A stretch of 64,000 nt of DNA from an uncultured cyanobacterium (lineage in GTDB: Bacteria; Cyanobacteriota; Cyanobacteriia; Cyanobacteriales; Nostocaceae): NCBI GenBank assembly GCA_963706595.1, contig OY970166.1, forward strand, positions 5,056,001 to 5,120,000, given 5' to 3'. The notes under the pieces are model-generated. The model worked only from the letters and a program-made list of their open reading frames with translations. It ran no database searches and was not told the DNA's origin. Of this stretch, positions 1 through 11,568 are shown in pieces (the first letter of the stretch is position 1; every line of letters starts with the position of its first letter). The position numbers and the translations under genes are program-made.

Positions 1-536
1 TTACTTTCAAACCACTGCATGGCTACATCTAGTGCATTAGCAACAACTTTGGCTTCCCCTTCATCCACCTCAGTGCTAAAGATGCACTTCATAATTATTT
101 GCAGCGTCAACTGCATCATATCTGCATGAATATCATGAGTTTCACCATCGTGCCAAGTTTGCAGCATTCGGTTGGTGTACTCCACCATGACTTCACCATA
201 TTTATTAATCCGTTTTTGGTGAAATACTGGTTGAATCAGGCGACGTTGCCAAAACCAGGATTCTCCTTCTGCGGTTAATAAGCCCTCTCCTAATAAAGTT
301 TTTAAGGCGCGGGAACCTCGACTTTTGATAAAATCTTGGCGATTTTTGAGAACTTGTTCTACGTATTCAGGATGAGTCACTAAACAAGTAGGTGTTAACC
401 CAAATTGTAAGGGAATAATATCACCATAGTCACGACAACGGGTCAGAAATCCTAACGGGTCTTGTCCCAGTTCAAGTAAATGTCCAACAATAGAGTTAAC
501 TGGCGGCGCTGGTAACTCGAATACATCGCGAACCAT
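1..536 (-). CDS. Cytochrome P450, N-terminal part (runs off window)
   Basis: Manual translation from ATG at 536: MVRDVFELPAPPVNSIVGHL...LLGEGLLTAEGESWFWQRRLIQPVFH, a typical P450 N-terminus with WxxxR. Confidence 0.85.
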   Translation of the reverse strand, partial: MVRDVFELPAPPVNSIVGHLLELGQDPLGFLTRCRDYGDIIPLQFGLTPTCLVTHPEYVEQVLKNRQDFIKSRGSRALKTLLGEGLLTAEGESWFWQRRLIQPVFHQKRINKYGEVMVEYTNRMLQTWHDGETHDIHADMMQLTLQIIMKCIFSTEVDEGEAKVVANALDVAMQWFES

Positions 537-631
537 ACCAAAAATCCTCTAGGTTTGTATGTATTCGAGAAGATTAACTCACAGTTAATTTGAAATTCTT
601 CATCAAATAGAGAGATTTCTCAAGGCAAAGA

Positions 632-1501
632 TTAATTATTTTCAGAAATCATTTGAGGCGTTTCCTGGTTCAATGTGGGATAAGAAAGACCATGTTTAGC
701 AAACGCTTGTTTAGCTCGCCGCATTAAATCAGTTTGATAAATAAACTCATCCCTAGCATCCATTGGATAAGACTTGAGTTTGAAATGACTACACCAAGGT
801 AATTCTGCCATCACGACAACAACGGGTAATTTTAACTGGGTATATCGACTACTGTAAGCAGCTTGGTATAAAAGTCGGATTACCTGGTCACAATCAACGT
901 GATGATCTAAATAGAATTCTGTAACTACTTGTGCTTCTAATTGACCACTATTAGCATTAGAAATAGCATCTGTCCAAGTTTTATTGTGGGGAATGGTGAC
1001 AGTGTTATCATCAGGGGTTTGCAGTCTGAGTCCACGTAAACCGTAACCGATCACCTCGCCGTAATGTTCGCCAATGCGAATGCGATCGCCGACTCGATAG
1101 GGTGCTTCAAATAAAGTCACAACCCCAGCAATAATTGAACTTACATAGTCTTTAAATGCAAATCCTAATGCTACAGCAATGGTGCCAGTGAAAGCTAAAA
1201 GATTTCTTTGAGACAGATTTAGAAATAGATTGAGGAGGTAAACTATGGTGACGATCAAAATCAGTCCTTTCCAAAAAGGTACTGACTGTTTAATTGTGAG
1301 TCGGAACAGACGCGGTACTCGCTCAGATAACCAATTCACGAAAGATTGAATTGAGACAGAAATTCCGTAGGCGATGAAAATGCTAATTAGAGCTTTGAGA
1401 ATCTTGTTGAGCGTAATCTCAGTTAGGAGTCTGTCGGCTATTCCATTATCATCTAACAATTGAGCAAACAAGGTAGTAGAAATAGAAATAGACATAGACA
1501 T
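632..1501 (-). CDS. MscS-family mechanosensitive channel
   Basis: TM helices followed by ALGFAFKD...PYRVGDRIRIG...GEV MscS signature. Confidence 0.9.
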   Translation of the reverse strand: MSMSISISTTLFAQLLDDNGIADRLLTEITLNKILKALISIFIAYGISVSIQSFVNWLSERVPRLFRLTIKQSVPFWKGLILIVTIVYLLNLFLNLSQRNLLAFTGTIAVALGFAFKDYVSSIIAGVVTLFEAPYRVGDRIRIGEHYGEVIGYGLRGLRLQTPDDNTVTIPHNKTWTDAISNANSGQLEAQVVTEFYLDHHVDCDQVIRLLYQAAYSSRYTQLKLPVVVVMAELPWCSHFKLKSYPMDARDEFIYQTDLMRRAKQAFAKHGLSYPTLNQETPQMISENN

Positions 1502-1503
1502 AA

Positions 1504-2688
1504 TTAGTCATCTCCAAGCAAAAAGTTGTTGTTAATTAACTCTGTTTTGAGTGAAGGATAGTAAGCAGGATAAATATTTAATTGATCACGTTGTTGGACG
1601 ATTACACCCGCACGCTGAAGCATTTGTACACGCGATCGCACAATTTGTTCACTTTCGCCTAAACTCAGAGCCAAATGAGTCCGAGTCATCTCACCATGCA
1701 GTAATAGAGAATGCAGCAGGTAGCGATCGGTCGCAGTTAAATCCGGTAAACTCGGCAAAATCGGCTTCGTTTGTTGGAGGTTAACAGGAATTTCTAAAGT
1801 TAAACCTTGAGGCGTAAGTGCAGGCTTGGACTCAGAAACAGCATCAGGGATGTCCGCCGCCCGAATCCGTAAGGCTTGCAGCCATAATTGAGCAGCCACG
1901 CTACTCACCCCAGAAGCCAGACTAGCAAGAGATTTCCAGTAAGTTTTACCCATATCCGCGTCGTCGTCTTCAGCAACTAATTCTTGGGTGACAGGTACTA
2001 ACCATTTTTGCAGTGCTTCCCCTTTTAATTTAGGTAGGGGGTGAACTTGTTCTAAGTAAGCACTCACCTGACAAACCTGATCGAGAAATGTCCAAGCCGA
2101 ATAATTGCAACCAATCAGCCAAAACCGAGATTTATCCTTGACAACGGCATTTTGCAGAAACTCGATACCTTCCCACCCCTGAATACATCGCAGAAAGCAC
2201 TGCGCCAAACAGGGAATCACGACTAAAGTCTGCCGTTCCGTCAGTTCTGGATTAGCATCACCGCGTTCATCTGTTGACTGAGACTCTGTTTCAAAACATA
2301 AAGCCTCACTAATTGCTTTTTCCAGAGATGAACAATTAGATGAACGTTGACACTGTGCTAGAGGATGGATAATTTCCAAACCTTTAGAGAACTCATCTGT
2401 CAAACTCTCCTGCACAATTTCAGCAATGGGTTCCACCGAACAACCTAGAATCACCAGACTATTGGCAGATGTAACATTTTGCTGCCAATCAGCCAAAGCT
2501 GAAGTCAGTGTTTCTTGGATAGAAGTACGATATTCCAGTGGAGAGGATAGTTGACCTAGTTTTTGGGAAAAATCCTGAATAATATCTTCAGGTGGTTTAT
2601 TGAGGAGATTATCGGGATTAGTTGTTTTAGCCTGGGAGAGCCAAGACTGAAACCAATGAATAGAAGATCGGAATTTTGCGCCTATCAT
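1504..2688 (-). CDS. Hypothetical protein with C-terminal winged HTH, coupled to the MscS gene
   Basis: 394-aa ORF 2 bp from the MscS gene; C-terminal LLLHGEMTRTHLALSLG...LQRAGVI is wHTH-like. Confidence 0.6.
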   Translation of the reverse strand: MIGAKFRSSIHWFQSWLSQAKTTNPDNLLNKPPEDIIQDFSQKLGQLSSPLEYRTSIQETLTSALADWQQNVTSANSLVILGCSVEPIAEIVQESLTDEFSKGLEIIHPLAQCQRSSNCSSLEKAISEALCFETESQSTDERGDANPELTERQTLVVIPCLAQCFLRCIQGWEGIEFLQNAVVKDKSRFWLIGCNYSAWTFLDQVCQVSAYLEQVHPLPKLKGEALQKWLVPVTQELVAEDDDADMGKTYWKSLASLASGVSSVAAQLWLQALRIRAADIPDAVSESKPALTPQGLTLEIPVNLQQTKPILPSLPDLTATDRYLLHSLLLHGEMTRTHLALSLGESEQIVRSRVQMLQRAGVIVQQRDQLNIYPAYYPSLKTELINNNFLLGDD

Positions 2689-2783
2689 TATTTAGCTGTG
2701 AAAGATACATACAGCACTTTGCAAGTAGATGAAGTAAACATTTTAATATGATAAATCTTGTGGGGGAGGGCAAAGATGCCCGC

Positions 2784-2894
2784 CTAGTACCGCAAGGCGG
2801 AAGTCAAAAGTCAAAAGTCAAAAATCAAAAAGCTTATAAAATGGGCTTTTCATGGATTTTGAATGGTCTGTTTATTTACGCCGACTTGTACTAG
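2784..2894. mobile_element. Short MITE-like dispersed repeat with AAGTCAA 7-mer run
   Basis: CTAG at both ends, imperfect terminal IR (TACCGCAAGGCGG / CCGACTTGTA); degenerate relatives near 27510-27570 and 57730-57795. Confidence 0.55.
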
Positions 2895-2897
2895 TAC

Positions 2898-3119
2898 CTA
2901 CTCATCCGTCAAAGTTTCAATTAACAGACTCACCTGTTGCTGTCGCTGCTGCAAAAAACTTTCACACTGACGCAAAGACTCAACAGCAGTAGAAAACTGC
3001 TCAAATACTGCTTCCAAATCCAACTCACCAGCCTCAATGCGAGCAATAATTTGTTCTATCTCCAGCACCTTCCCCTCATAACTCCAATCCGCCCTCGAAT
3101 CATCCTTACGCTTAACCAT
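2898..3119 (-). CDS. xseB: Exodeoxyribonuclease VII small subunit
   Basis: SYE...[16 protein letters not shown]...CESFL pattern; overlaps the xseA stop. Confidence 0.93.
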   Translation of the reverse strand: MVKRKDDSRADWSYEGKVLEIEQIIARIEAGELDLEAVFEQFSTAVESLRQCESFLQQRQQQVSLLIETLTDE

Positions 3120-4368
3120 TCAACTCTCTGTGTCCTCTGCGCCTCTGTGGTTCGTTTTCCATCACCTTAACTGTAACCTCCCCCTGCCCCAACTGAATCA
3201 ACAAATCTTCCCCCACAGCCAACTCAGCAGCCGAACGAGCTATTTCGCCATTTTCCCGCCGCACCACAGCATAACCACGCTGTAACACCGCCTTGGGGTC
3301 AAGACTAGCCAACTTTTCCCGTAACAATTCTAAACGCTGCTGGGCTTGATGCGATCGCCCCAAAGTCACCTGTATCAATTGTTGTCTTTTCCAACTTAGC
3401 TGCTGCATCTCCTGCTGCACCTGTTTGTCTAATCCTAAACGCCGTAAGCGATCGCGTAAACCTTGCAACTTATCCTCAGCGATTTCCTGAAATTCCCCTA
3501 CCGCCTCACGTAGCGCCAGTATCCTTTGCCGATGCTGAAAATACAACTCTGCCAGAGATGGAACCACAGTTTCCGCCGCCGCCGTCGGTGTATGTACACA
3601 AGCATCAGCCACTAAATCTACCAAAGACTCATCGCGTTGATGACCAATACCAGTAATTACCGGGATAGAACAAGTAGCAACAGCCCTCACTACCCGTTCA
3701 TCATTAAAGCAAGCCAATTCCTCAACCGCACCACCACCCCGTGATAAAATCAGCACCTGCGCGCGACCATCACGATTGACGCGATTAATCGCCTTAACTA
3801 TAGAATCTGCTGCTTGCTCACCCTGCACCGTAGCGGGAGAAAATAACACCTGTAATCCTGGATATCTTTGCTTGAGCGTTTTTTGAATATCGCCCCAAGC
3901 CGCCGCAGTGGGTGATGTCACCACAGCAATAATTTGAGGATGCAGAGGAAGAGGACGTTTGCGTTCCGTATCAAATAAACCCTCAGCCAGCAATCGGTTT
4001 TTTAATTGTTGATAGCGTAGCGCCTGTAAACCAGCACCCGCAGGTATAGCTTGCCAAACAGATAATTGATACTCTCCCCGTTGCGGGTAAACTCTGATAC
4101 TACCCAGGATAATTAACTGCTCACCAGCAATTGGCATTTGAGCCAGTTTAGGGATTTGGCTTTTCCAAACCACACACTTAATACCGGCTGTCCCCTCTGG
4201 GTCTTGCAGGGTAAAAAATAAGCCACTGCGATGGTTGTTAGCACTGGAAACTTCCCCAGTTACCCAAACTTGACGTAATTGATCATCTTGCTCTAACAGC
4301 AAGCGGATATAGTCAGTTAATCCAGCTACTGAAAGCGCTGTATCGGGAATCAGAGAGTTAAAAGTCAT
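3112..4368 (-). CDS. xseA: Exodeoxyribonuclease VII large subunit
   Basis: [37 protein letters not shown] motifs; start taken at MTFNS. Confidence 0.96.
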   Translation of the reverse strand: MTFNSLIPDTALSVAGLTDYIRLLLEQDDQLRQVWVTGEVSSANNHRSGLFFTLQDPEGTAGIKCVVWKSQIPKLAQMPIAGEQLIILGSIRVYPQRGEYQLSVWQAIPAGAGLQALRYQQLKNRLLAEGLFDTERKRPLPLHPQIIAVVTSPTAAAWGDIQKTLKQRYPGLQVLFSPATVQGEQAADSIVKAINRVNRDGRAQVLILSRGGGAVEELACFNDERVVRAVATCSIPVITGIGHQRDESLVDLVADACVHTPTAAAETVVPSLAELYFQHRQRILALREAVGEFQEIAEDKLQGLRDRLRRLGLDKQVQQEMQQLSWKRQQLIQVTLGRSHQAQQRLELLREKLASLDPKAVLQRGYAVVRRENGEIARSAAELAVGEDLLIQLGQGEVTVKVMENEPQRRRGHRELNG

Positions 4369-4605
4369 CTGGGTGTGAGAGCATTGGTGCTGAAGCGATT
4401 CTAGCATTCTTCATGAATACCAAAATTTATCCCAGCGCTTTAATCTTTTTTAGACATCATCATCTAATAGCAATGAGAAACATAGGTGACGCTGCAAATG
4501 TTGGGGTTGAAAAACTGGTATCTAGTATTGTTACTGTTTCTATTGTCTTTTTTGTTAAGTCATAATTTACAGTAGTGGATTAAAAATAGCGCGGAGCAAA
4601 AAACG

Positions 4606-6981
4606 ATGGTTTTTGAGGTGCTGAAGCCGAATATGCAAGATTTGCAAGGTCATGTGATCGAATTGTTGCAGGGAATTAGTGCGCTGCTGAACCGTGCTAG
4701 TACAGCACTTAGTTCTGATGCTGCTGGTCAGAAATATGCAGTATTTGAGCAGCAAGTTAACGAGGAAATAGAGAAAGTCAAAAATCTTGAGTTAAGAATG
4801 GCAATTGTTGCACCGATGAAAGCAGGTAAGTCAACTATCACGAACGCCATCATCGGACAAGATATTTTACCCAGTCGTAACGCGGCGATGACGACGCTTC
4901 CCACTGAGATTATTTTTGATGCTGGATTGCAAGAACCAGTTTTAACTCTCAGTCCCGAAATAGTCACAGTTTTTCAAGAGACTTTATTGGCTCTACGAAA
5001 GCAAATTAATCAAATGGGGATTAAACAAGCACAAGCACAACTTGCTCAGTTTCCTCATTTGCAAAATATGCCAAAACTGATTCAACAAGCACTTGTAGAG
5101 TCAGTTCCTCATCAACCAAAAGGACGCAAAGATATTATTCTCACCTTAACTAGTTTGAATGATATTGTGCGCCTGTGCAGTATTCTTTATCCCAGTATAG
5201 ATCCTCTACAATCTCTGACAGAAGTCCCGCGCATTCGTACTCCTTTCTGGCTTTCCCAAGAAAATCAGCAATCAGAAACTTTAGGTAAATTAGTTATTGT
5301 CGATACACCCGGACCAAATGAAGCTGGGGAAAATTTACGACTTCAGACTGTAGTTGCTGAACAGCTTCGGAAAAGTTCAATGGTGTTGATAGTTTTGGAT
5401 TTCACCCAATTGAAAAATGAAGCCGCAGAGAAAGTTAAACAAGATGTTCAGAGGGTGATAGAACTTCGAGGTAAAGAAAGTTTGTATGTCTTAATTAATA
5501 AAGTAGATCAGCGTCGAGATGGTGACATGACACCAGAACAAGTGCGGAAATTTGTTGCTGCTGAATTTGGCATAGGTGAAGTTGGTGAGATAAATCGAGT
5601 ATTTGAAATATCAGCTAGGCGAGCTTTTACCTCTGCTAACTTTTTAATGGAATTACAGCAGCATCCAGGTGTTAAAGTTACTGAGCTGAAAACAGTGCGA
5701 GCGCTTGCTCAAGAAGTATTCGGTATTGACTGGGAAGAAGAATTAGAAGAAGCAACTTTAGAAGAGTTAAAAAAGAAAGCTGAGAGACTGTGGAAAAAAT
5801 CAGGTTTTGACCCATTTTTAAACGGTGCAATTACAGCACTTATGGCAGAAGCAGCACCACGTTGTATAGTGTCTGCACTCAAAATTTCCCTGGCTCGACT
5901 TGCGGAACTACAGGATGATGTGCAACTTCGCAAAAGTGCTATGGCACAAGATCAAGAAAAAGTTACTTTTGAAGTTGTTGCGTTAGAAACAGATTTGCAA
6001 TCTCTTGAGGATTGTCGTCAACGGTTGCAGGAGGTAGATAGGATTAAAAATAGTCTCTATCAACAGTTGAACAAAATCCTTGAAACTTTAAAGCAAGATG
6101 CTAAAGTCAGCCTTGAAACTTCTTTTACTGACAAAGAGTATCAACGTGCAGACAACATCAAAAAAGGAGGTATGGCTTTGACAAGTTTTTTTAATCGGAT
6201 TTCTAAAAAAATTAATTATCAAATAAAGCCTACAGGTACTGGTGTAATTGAATTTAACAGTTTGATAGAAGCGGAAGATTTTGCTAAACAAGCTATAGCT
6301 TATCCCAAGCAGAAAATTGACCTACTACTAGAGAATGTGCGGGAGCAAGTGCGAAAAATAATTGAAAAATCACGACTGGAACTAACTAATTTTTTGATTG
6401 AAGAAACCCAGCCTATTATTGACAGAGCGCGTCAACGATTAAATGAAGCTTTTAATATAAAGTTATCATTGCCAACACTAACCCTTGATTCTGAGGATAT
6501 TGATTTTGGTAAAGTTCGTGTTAAGAGTAATACTAGATTAGTAGATCAGGGATATGAAACTAAAGTAGTTTACAAAAGAAAATTTACGCATTGGTTTTTT
6601 TTAGTCCCCAAACAAGAAACTATTACAGTCAAGTGTCCTGATAAAAAAGAAAATTACTATACTGTCTCTATCCAAGAAATAATTGTTCAAGCTAATGAAT
6701 CGATTGAGCAAAGTGTCGAAAATATAAAACAGGGAATTAACCAATATTTAGATGAAGACTTCAAACAGCGAGTTAATATCTTTTTTAATGACCTTGATAT
6801 TTACTTGAGTAACTACCGTGAAAGTTTGATTCAATCACAACAAGACCAAAAATTGCAAGTGGAAGAAAAAGAAAAATTAGTCACTGAACTTAATTATCTA
6901 TTCTCAGAAACAAAAGAAAAAACTAAAAAAGCTGATGCTAGTTTGCAGCACGCAGGTGATTTAATCAGGAAAAAGCAATGA
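4606..6981 (+). CDS. Bacterial dynamin-like GTPase
   Basis: G1 APMKAGKST, G2 LPSRNAAMT, G3 DTPG, G4 NKVD, long helical C-terminus. Confidence 0.85.
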   Translation: MVFEVLKPNMQDLQGHVIELLQGISALLNRASTALSSDAAGQKYAVFEQQVNEEIEKVKNLELRMAIVAPMKAGKSTITNAIIGQDILPSRNAAMTTLPTEIIFDAGLQEPVLTLSPEIVTVFQETLLALRKQINQMGIKQAQAQLAQFPHLQNMPKLIQQALVESVPHQPKGRKDIILTLTSLNDIVRLCSILYPSIDPLQSLTEVPRIRTPFWLSQENQQSETLGKLVIVDTPGPNEAGENLRLQTVVAEQLRKSSMVLIVLDFTQLKNEAAEKVKQDVQRVIELRGKESLYVLINKVDQRRDGDMTPEQVRKFVAAEFGIGEVGEINRVFEISARRAFTSANFLMELQQHPGVKVTELKTVRALAQEVFGIDWEEELEEATLEELKKKAERLWKKSGFDPFLNGAITALMAEAAPRCIVSALKISLARLAELQDDVQLRKSAMAQDQEKVTFEVVALETDLQSLEDCRQRLQEVDRIKNSLYQQLNKILETLKQDAKVSLETSFTDKEYQRADNIKKGGMALTSFFNRISKKINYQIKPTGTGVIEFNSLIEAEDFAKQAIAYPKQKIDLLLENVREQVRKIIEKSRLELTNFLIEETQPIIDRARQRLNEAFNIKLSLPTLTLDSEDIDFGKVRVKSNTRLVDQGYETKVVYKRKFTHWFFLVPKQETITVKCPDKKENYYTVSIQEIIVQANESIEQSVENIKQGINQYLDEDFKQRVNIFFNDLDIYLSNYRESLIQSQQDQKLQVEEKEKLVTELNYLFSETKEKTKKADASLQHAGDLIRKKQ

Positions 6982-7577
6982 GTAATCTTTTCTATACTCC
7001 TGACAGCACCTTAATCAATTTTGGAAAGAACTAGCCGAAACTGAGATTTTACGCCCCAACACAGGTGTGATTAGCCACATACTCACATCTTTTATCCTGC
7101 GCCCATTGAACAGTTATTACAGGAGTCAATCCAACTGAATTGCGGCGCGGGATTGAGTTATGGGTGACAATTCCAGGTTTGGGCTACATCTGGCTAATTG
7201 ATTTTGTCCTCGCCCGAACCGGGACAGATCCTGACTGATTTTGGATACAAAACTTTACAATATTTCAACTCGCCATAACTTACTGCTAGGGAGTGACGCG
7301 CTTCGCTGTAAACTGGAGTAAGTTGCAGATAAATAGCCAAGAAATCATGGTGCTGTGGTCTAAACTAGAGAATCTACCCTTTTTGGGAGGTAGTCAAATT
7401 TAAGCGATCGCCTAAACCTTGCAACATATAACAAAGCGGTATTAGTATCAAGCCTCGCCATGATTGTAGCAGATTCTTCTCTCTTGTCTGTGTTGCGATC
7501 GCACCATTTCGGTAAACCCTCTCCAGCCAGGAGTATCAGCCGATTTTAGCTGATATCCCAGATGGATAGACTACTGC

Positions 7578-8555
7578 CTAAACTTGATGAGAAGACAGAA
7601 AAACATCAATTTCAGCCGCAGTCGGTTGAGAAGCGATCGCACCTGCTTTAATAGTAGTCAGCGCCCCAACTGCATTAGCATAAGCAACAATGCCTTTAGC
7701 AGTTTCGGCATCCTGCAAACCTTGAATACCATGTATACCTAGCTGGTGGATAAATCCAGCCAAAAAACTATCCCCAGCCCCAGTTGTATCCACAACCTCA
7801 ATCGGATAAGAAGGTAAATGACCTTCGTTTTCACCCAAGCAATAGGTGCAACCATGTTCCCCATCTGTCACCAGCACCCCATCAATAGAGTCCATTCGGT
7901 AAGTAATAGCACCTGGGTCTGTAGTATCAAATAACCATTCAGCCTCTTCTTTAGAGAGTTTGAGAAAATCAACTCGTTTCCATATCTCTTGGATTTTTTG
8001 GCGAGCAATATTTGCATCTTGCCAAAATACCGGTCGCCAGTTGATATCCAGAATAATCTTCAGGTCGTATTGTTCTGCTAATTCTAAAGCGCGGTGAACT
8101 GCCTGCTCACTTTCAGGATAGGCTAATTCCAGAGTACCCAATACCAAAAAGTCAGCCTCTTGAAACAGCGACTCTGGCAATTTTTTAGCTTTTAAGCGGG
8201 TATCAGCAAATTCAGAAGTGTCAAACTCACCAAATCCGGCAAAATTGCGATCGCCTGCCAGATCGCGCACCACATAAACTTGCCTCGTTGGTGCTGTAGA
8301 ATGGCGTTGCACCCCTGTTGTATCTACACCAACTTCTTCTAAAAGCTTAACTAGTTTATTCCCTGGCTCATCTTCACCAACCGCCCCAATAAAACCTGCG
8401 GGAGTTCCTAGTTTTACCAAAGCACAGGCCACATTAGCTGGCGCACCCCCTGGGTAAGGAGTCCAAGACTTCACCTCTTCTAGCTGTAGTCCCAATTGGT
8501 CAGCTAAACAATCAAACAAAATTTCACCAAGGCACAAAACACGGGGATTGCTCAT
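7578..8555 (-). CDS. PfkB-family carbohydrate kinase (fructokinase-like)
   Basis: GGAPANVA and DTTGAGDSF signatures. Confidence 0.93.
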   Translation of the reverse strand: MSNPRVLCLGEILFDCLADQLGLQLEEVKSWTPYPGGAPANVACALVKLGTPAGFIGAVGEDEPGNKLVKLLEEVGVDTTGVQRHSTAPTRQVYVVRDLAGDRNFAGFGEFDTSEFADTRLKAKKLPESLFQEADFLVLGTLELAYPESEQAVHRALELAEQYDLKIILDINWRPVFWQDANIARQKIQEIWKRVDFLKLSKEEAEWLFDTTDPGAITYRMDSIDGVLVTDGEHGCTYCLGENEGHLPSYPIEVVDTTGAGDSFLAGFIHQLGIHGIQGLQDAETAKGIVAYANAVGALTTIKAGAIASQPTAAEIDVFLSSHQV

Positions 8556-8911
8556 TTCATGAATCCAGAATCTGGGATTTTCGATTTTGAGTTACTAATT
8601 CCAGTATAAAATCTACAACACTCTTAACTCATCTGTCGCCAGTCCTCAACTCAACAAAATAGAACTTTTTGCTACGATCATCCCCACTATATCCTCCTTT
8701 ATCTCAGGTTTTATGTATGTAATTTTACGTTTATATTTTCAAACATTGTGTTAGAAATTACTAACCTTAAACACATCTGACTATCACCAGAAAATCTAAA
8801 AAAAATCTAGTCAATTCCATACTGCCATAACTTAAAACCCCTTCCAACAAAAGAATCTTCTAGAATTAAAAGAGGATTAAGTACATATACCAAGGGAGGA
8901 TAGAAAAAGTT

Positions 8912-9175
8912 ATGGCTGGTGGCGAGTCTCAGACCCCTGTTAGTCTGTCAGACAGAGAATTGCAAATCATCGACTTAGTGGCCGCTGGCTTAACTAACCA
9001 AGATATTGCAGTCAAACTGGAGATTAGCAAACGCACAGTTGATAATCATATCAGCAACATTCTCACCAAAACCCAAACCGACAACCGAGTGGCTCTCGTC
9101 CGTTGGGCTTTGCTGTGGGGTAAAATCTGCTTAGATGAGGTTAATTGCTGTCTTTTACCCCTCAAGAACGATTAG
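8912..9175 (+). CDS. pedR: Small LuxR-type HTH regulator, PedR-like
   Basis: LSDRELQII...GLTNQDIA...ISKRTVDNHISNI plus C-terminal cysteines (KICLDEVNCC). Confidence 0.8.
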   Translation: MAGGESQTPVSLSDRELQIIDLVAAGLTNQDIAVKLEISKRTVDNHISNILTKTQTDNRVALVRWALLWGKICLDEVNCCLLPLKND

Positions 9176-9361
9176 ACAATTTGTTGGTGTGTACTAATTG
9201 TTCTTCATCTCATGCCTTTGTTTTTTTAGTGAATCTCTAGCGTAAATTCTGCTCGGCATCGAAATCAAGCCATCATCAACAAAAATTAGTCACGATTTCC
9301 TGCCTCAAGCGTTACATTTATTAAATCTATTTGCTCCATCAGCGAGGAGAGCAGTGTTTAT

Positions 9362-10015
9362 ATGAATACTTCCGCTTCTGTTCCAGGTGGTTCGTCTACC
9401 TTTGATTTTTTTAGTTTTGATTTTACCGCACCGCAACCAACACAAGATGCCGATTTACTCAGACAGCTATCATTCATCCCAGGACTGAAAGAAATGATGC
9501 TGCTGCGGCAAGTTCACGCCCTAGAACACGCTACTGTTTGGGTTCTGAGTGAAGCCAACAGTGCCTATGCACCCAAAAGCAAACCCACAAAAGTACAAGT
9601 AGATAACGAACTATTAGGCGGCTTATCCACAGAACAAGGATTTTACCTTTACGGTGAAGTGAATATTAGTGATTTGCGGCGGGCGGTAACATTAGGCTTA
9701 AATCGTCTCATCAATGGTGAATGGGATTTGGCTGTGCATCCTCGCTGTGGTACAAATGCATCAGTAGCCATGCTGTTAACAGCCGGGCTAGCTGTCAGTG
9801 TCAACCTCTTACTACCATTCCGACCAATTGAGCAATTAATTGGCTTAGGAATAGCCGCCACCACAGCCGCAGAACTCGCACCTGATTTAGGTTCCATAGC
9901 CCAGCGCTACCTGACCACAGCCATTCCCTTTAACTTGACAATTGACAATATTACTCTGACTCGTGACCTTTGGGGACGACAGGGACATTTCGTAAAGGTC
10001 AGCTGGCAAGAATGA
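9362..10015 (+). CDS. Conserved membrane-associated protein (DUF6391-like)
   Basis: RQVHALEHAT and LAVHPRCGTN motifs, two hydrophobic segments. Confidence 0.7.
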   Translation: MNTSASVPGGSSTFDFFSFDFTAPQPTQDADLLRQLSFIPGLKEMMLLRQVHALEHATVWVLSEANSAYAPKSKPTKVQVDNELLGGLSTEQGFYLYGEVNISDLRRAVTLGLNRLINGEWDLAVHPRCGTNASVAMLLTAGLAVSVNLLLPFRPIEQLIGLGIAATTAAELAPDLGSIAQRYLTTAIPFNLTIDNITLTRDLWGRQGHFVKVSWQE

Positions 10016-10149
10016 GGCAGGGGGAAGAGGCAGGGGAGCAGGGTGCAGGGTGCAGGGGGGAGGGGGGATAAAGAACAAATACATTGATTTATGGTTGCCG
10101 ATTTTGGCGATTTTTCTCATTCCAGCACCGCTATTACCAAAATATTTTC

Positions 10150-11142
10150 ATGAGAAAGCTTTACTTCTTAGTTCCAGGTACTCATGGCAAATTTGCCTGT
10201 GGTGGACTTTGGGCAGAATTAAAAACAGTTAAACTAGCGCAGCAAATCTGTAGTGCTGATGTCGTCACTTATCGCCAAAGAGAAACAGACCAACTGTTTA
10301 TTGATGATGTGCTGACCGAAAAAAATTTAAATGAAGCAATATTTGTGATTAGCTGGGGATTTGATGTAGCTAAACTAGCTGCCAAGCTCAAGCAATATAA
10401 TGTTGTTTACCATGCCCATAGTGCAGGTTACAAATTTCACCTCCCTGCGAGTATTCCCATTATCACCGTTAGCCGCAACACAATGGGATATTGGGGGCAG
10501 AAATCTCCTAATTCTCTGATTTATTATTTGCCCAATCAAATTAGTCACGAATTTGACAATTTACATCTTCAGCGAGATATTGATATTTTAGTTCAAGCCC
10601 GAAAATCTTCTGAGTATTTAATGCAAGAATTGATTCCGGCTTTGCGGCAACAGTGTCAAGTAAAATTAGTCGATTCTTATGTAGAAGATTTACCAGGGCT
10701 ATTTAATCAAGCCAAGATTTACCTGTATGACTCTGCTGAATATTGGGCGCAACAGCTTGTGAGTGAAGGCTTTGGACTACAACCAATGGAAGCCTTGGCT
10801 TGTGGCTGTCAGGTTTTTTCCAGTGTCAACGGTGGACTTTCAGATTATTTAGATCCGGGATTTAATTGCTATAAAATTGCCGGATACTCAAAAGAGTATG
10901 ATATTCAACGCATTATCAAGGTGCTGAAATCCTCACAAACTATCGACTTACCAGAAGAGTTTTTTGCCGAGTATCGAACGGAAAATATTATCCAACGACT
11001 CCAAGTAATTTTGGCGGAATTAAACGAATTTTTTGATCACAAAATTCATTTTTTCGGCAATATTCAGAATTTGTCGCCAACTCGTGTGGCAAAACTACGC
11101 ATTCAGAGCATATATAAAAAAGTCAGGCAAAGGCTTTTTTAG
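10150..11142 (+). CDS. Glycosyltransferase (GT4-like)
   Basis: EGFGLQPMEALACG signature; start taken at MRKLYF. Confidence 0.85.
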   Translation: MRKLYFLVPGTHGKFACGGLWAELKTVKLAQQICSADVVTYRQRETDQLFIDDVLTEKNLNEAIFVISWGFDVAKLAAKLKQYNVVYHAHSAGYKFHLPASIPIITVSRNTMGYWGQKSPNSLIYYLPNQISHEFDNLHLQRDIDILVQARKSSEYLMQELIPALRQQCQVKLVDSYVEDLPGLFNQAKIYLYDSAEYWAQQLVSEGFGLQPMEALACGCQVFSSVNGGLSDYLDPGFNCYKIAGYSKEYDIQRIIKVLKSSQTIDLPEEFFAEYRTENIIQRLQVILAELNEFFDHKIHFFGNIQNLSPTRVAKLRIQSIYKKVRQRLF

Positions 11143-11568
11143 GAAATCTTGCCCTGAATATAATTAATCTCTGTATGATTTTACTACAAACTGGATTAGA
11201 TGTAAAATGTATAGTACAACGCAATTATCAATAAAACCTATCCTAGCTGACGCAAATTGCCATCATCAGTTTTATTTATGATTAAAAAGCAAATAAAAAG
11301 ATTTTTTTAATGTTCAAGTATTCTGGTATACATTTAGCATAAATAAAACTATTCAAAATCATCAGTTTGTCTCAAGTTTCATCTGAATTAGCGTCTGAAT
11401 TATCACTTTATATAAGTTATATTTAATTCTCCCCAGCAACTGGCTGTTACGAAAACTGTAACAGCCCAAAACATCGGTTGTTCTAAATGCAATAGTAAAC
11501 AAACGAAATATAATTTAGCGTCCATTTTATATAGACAGCTAAAAACGTTGGGCAAACGAGGTACCAGA

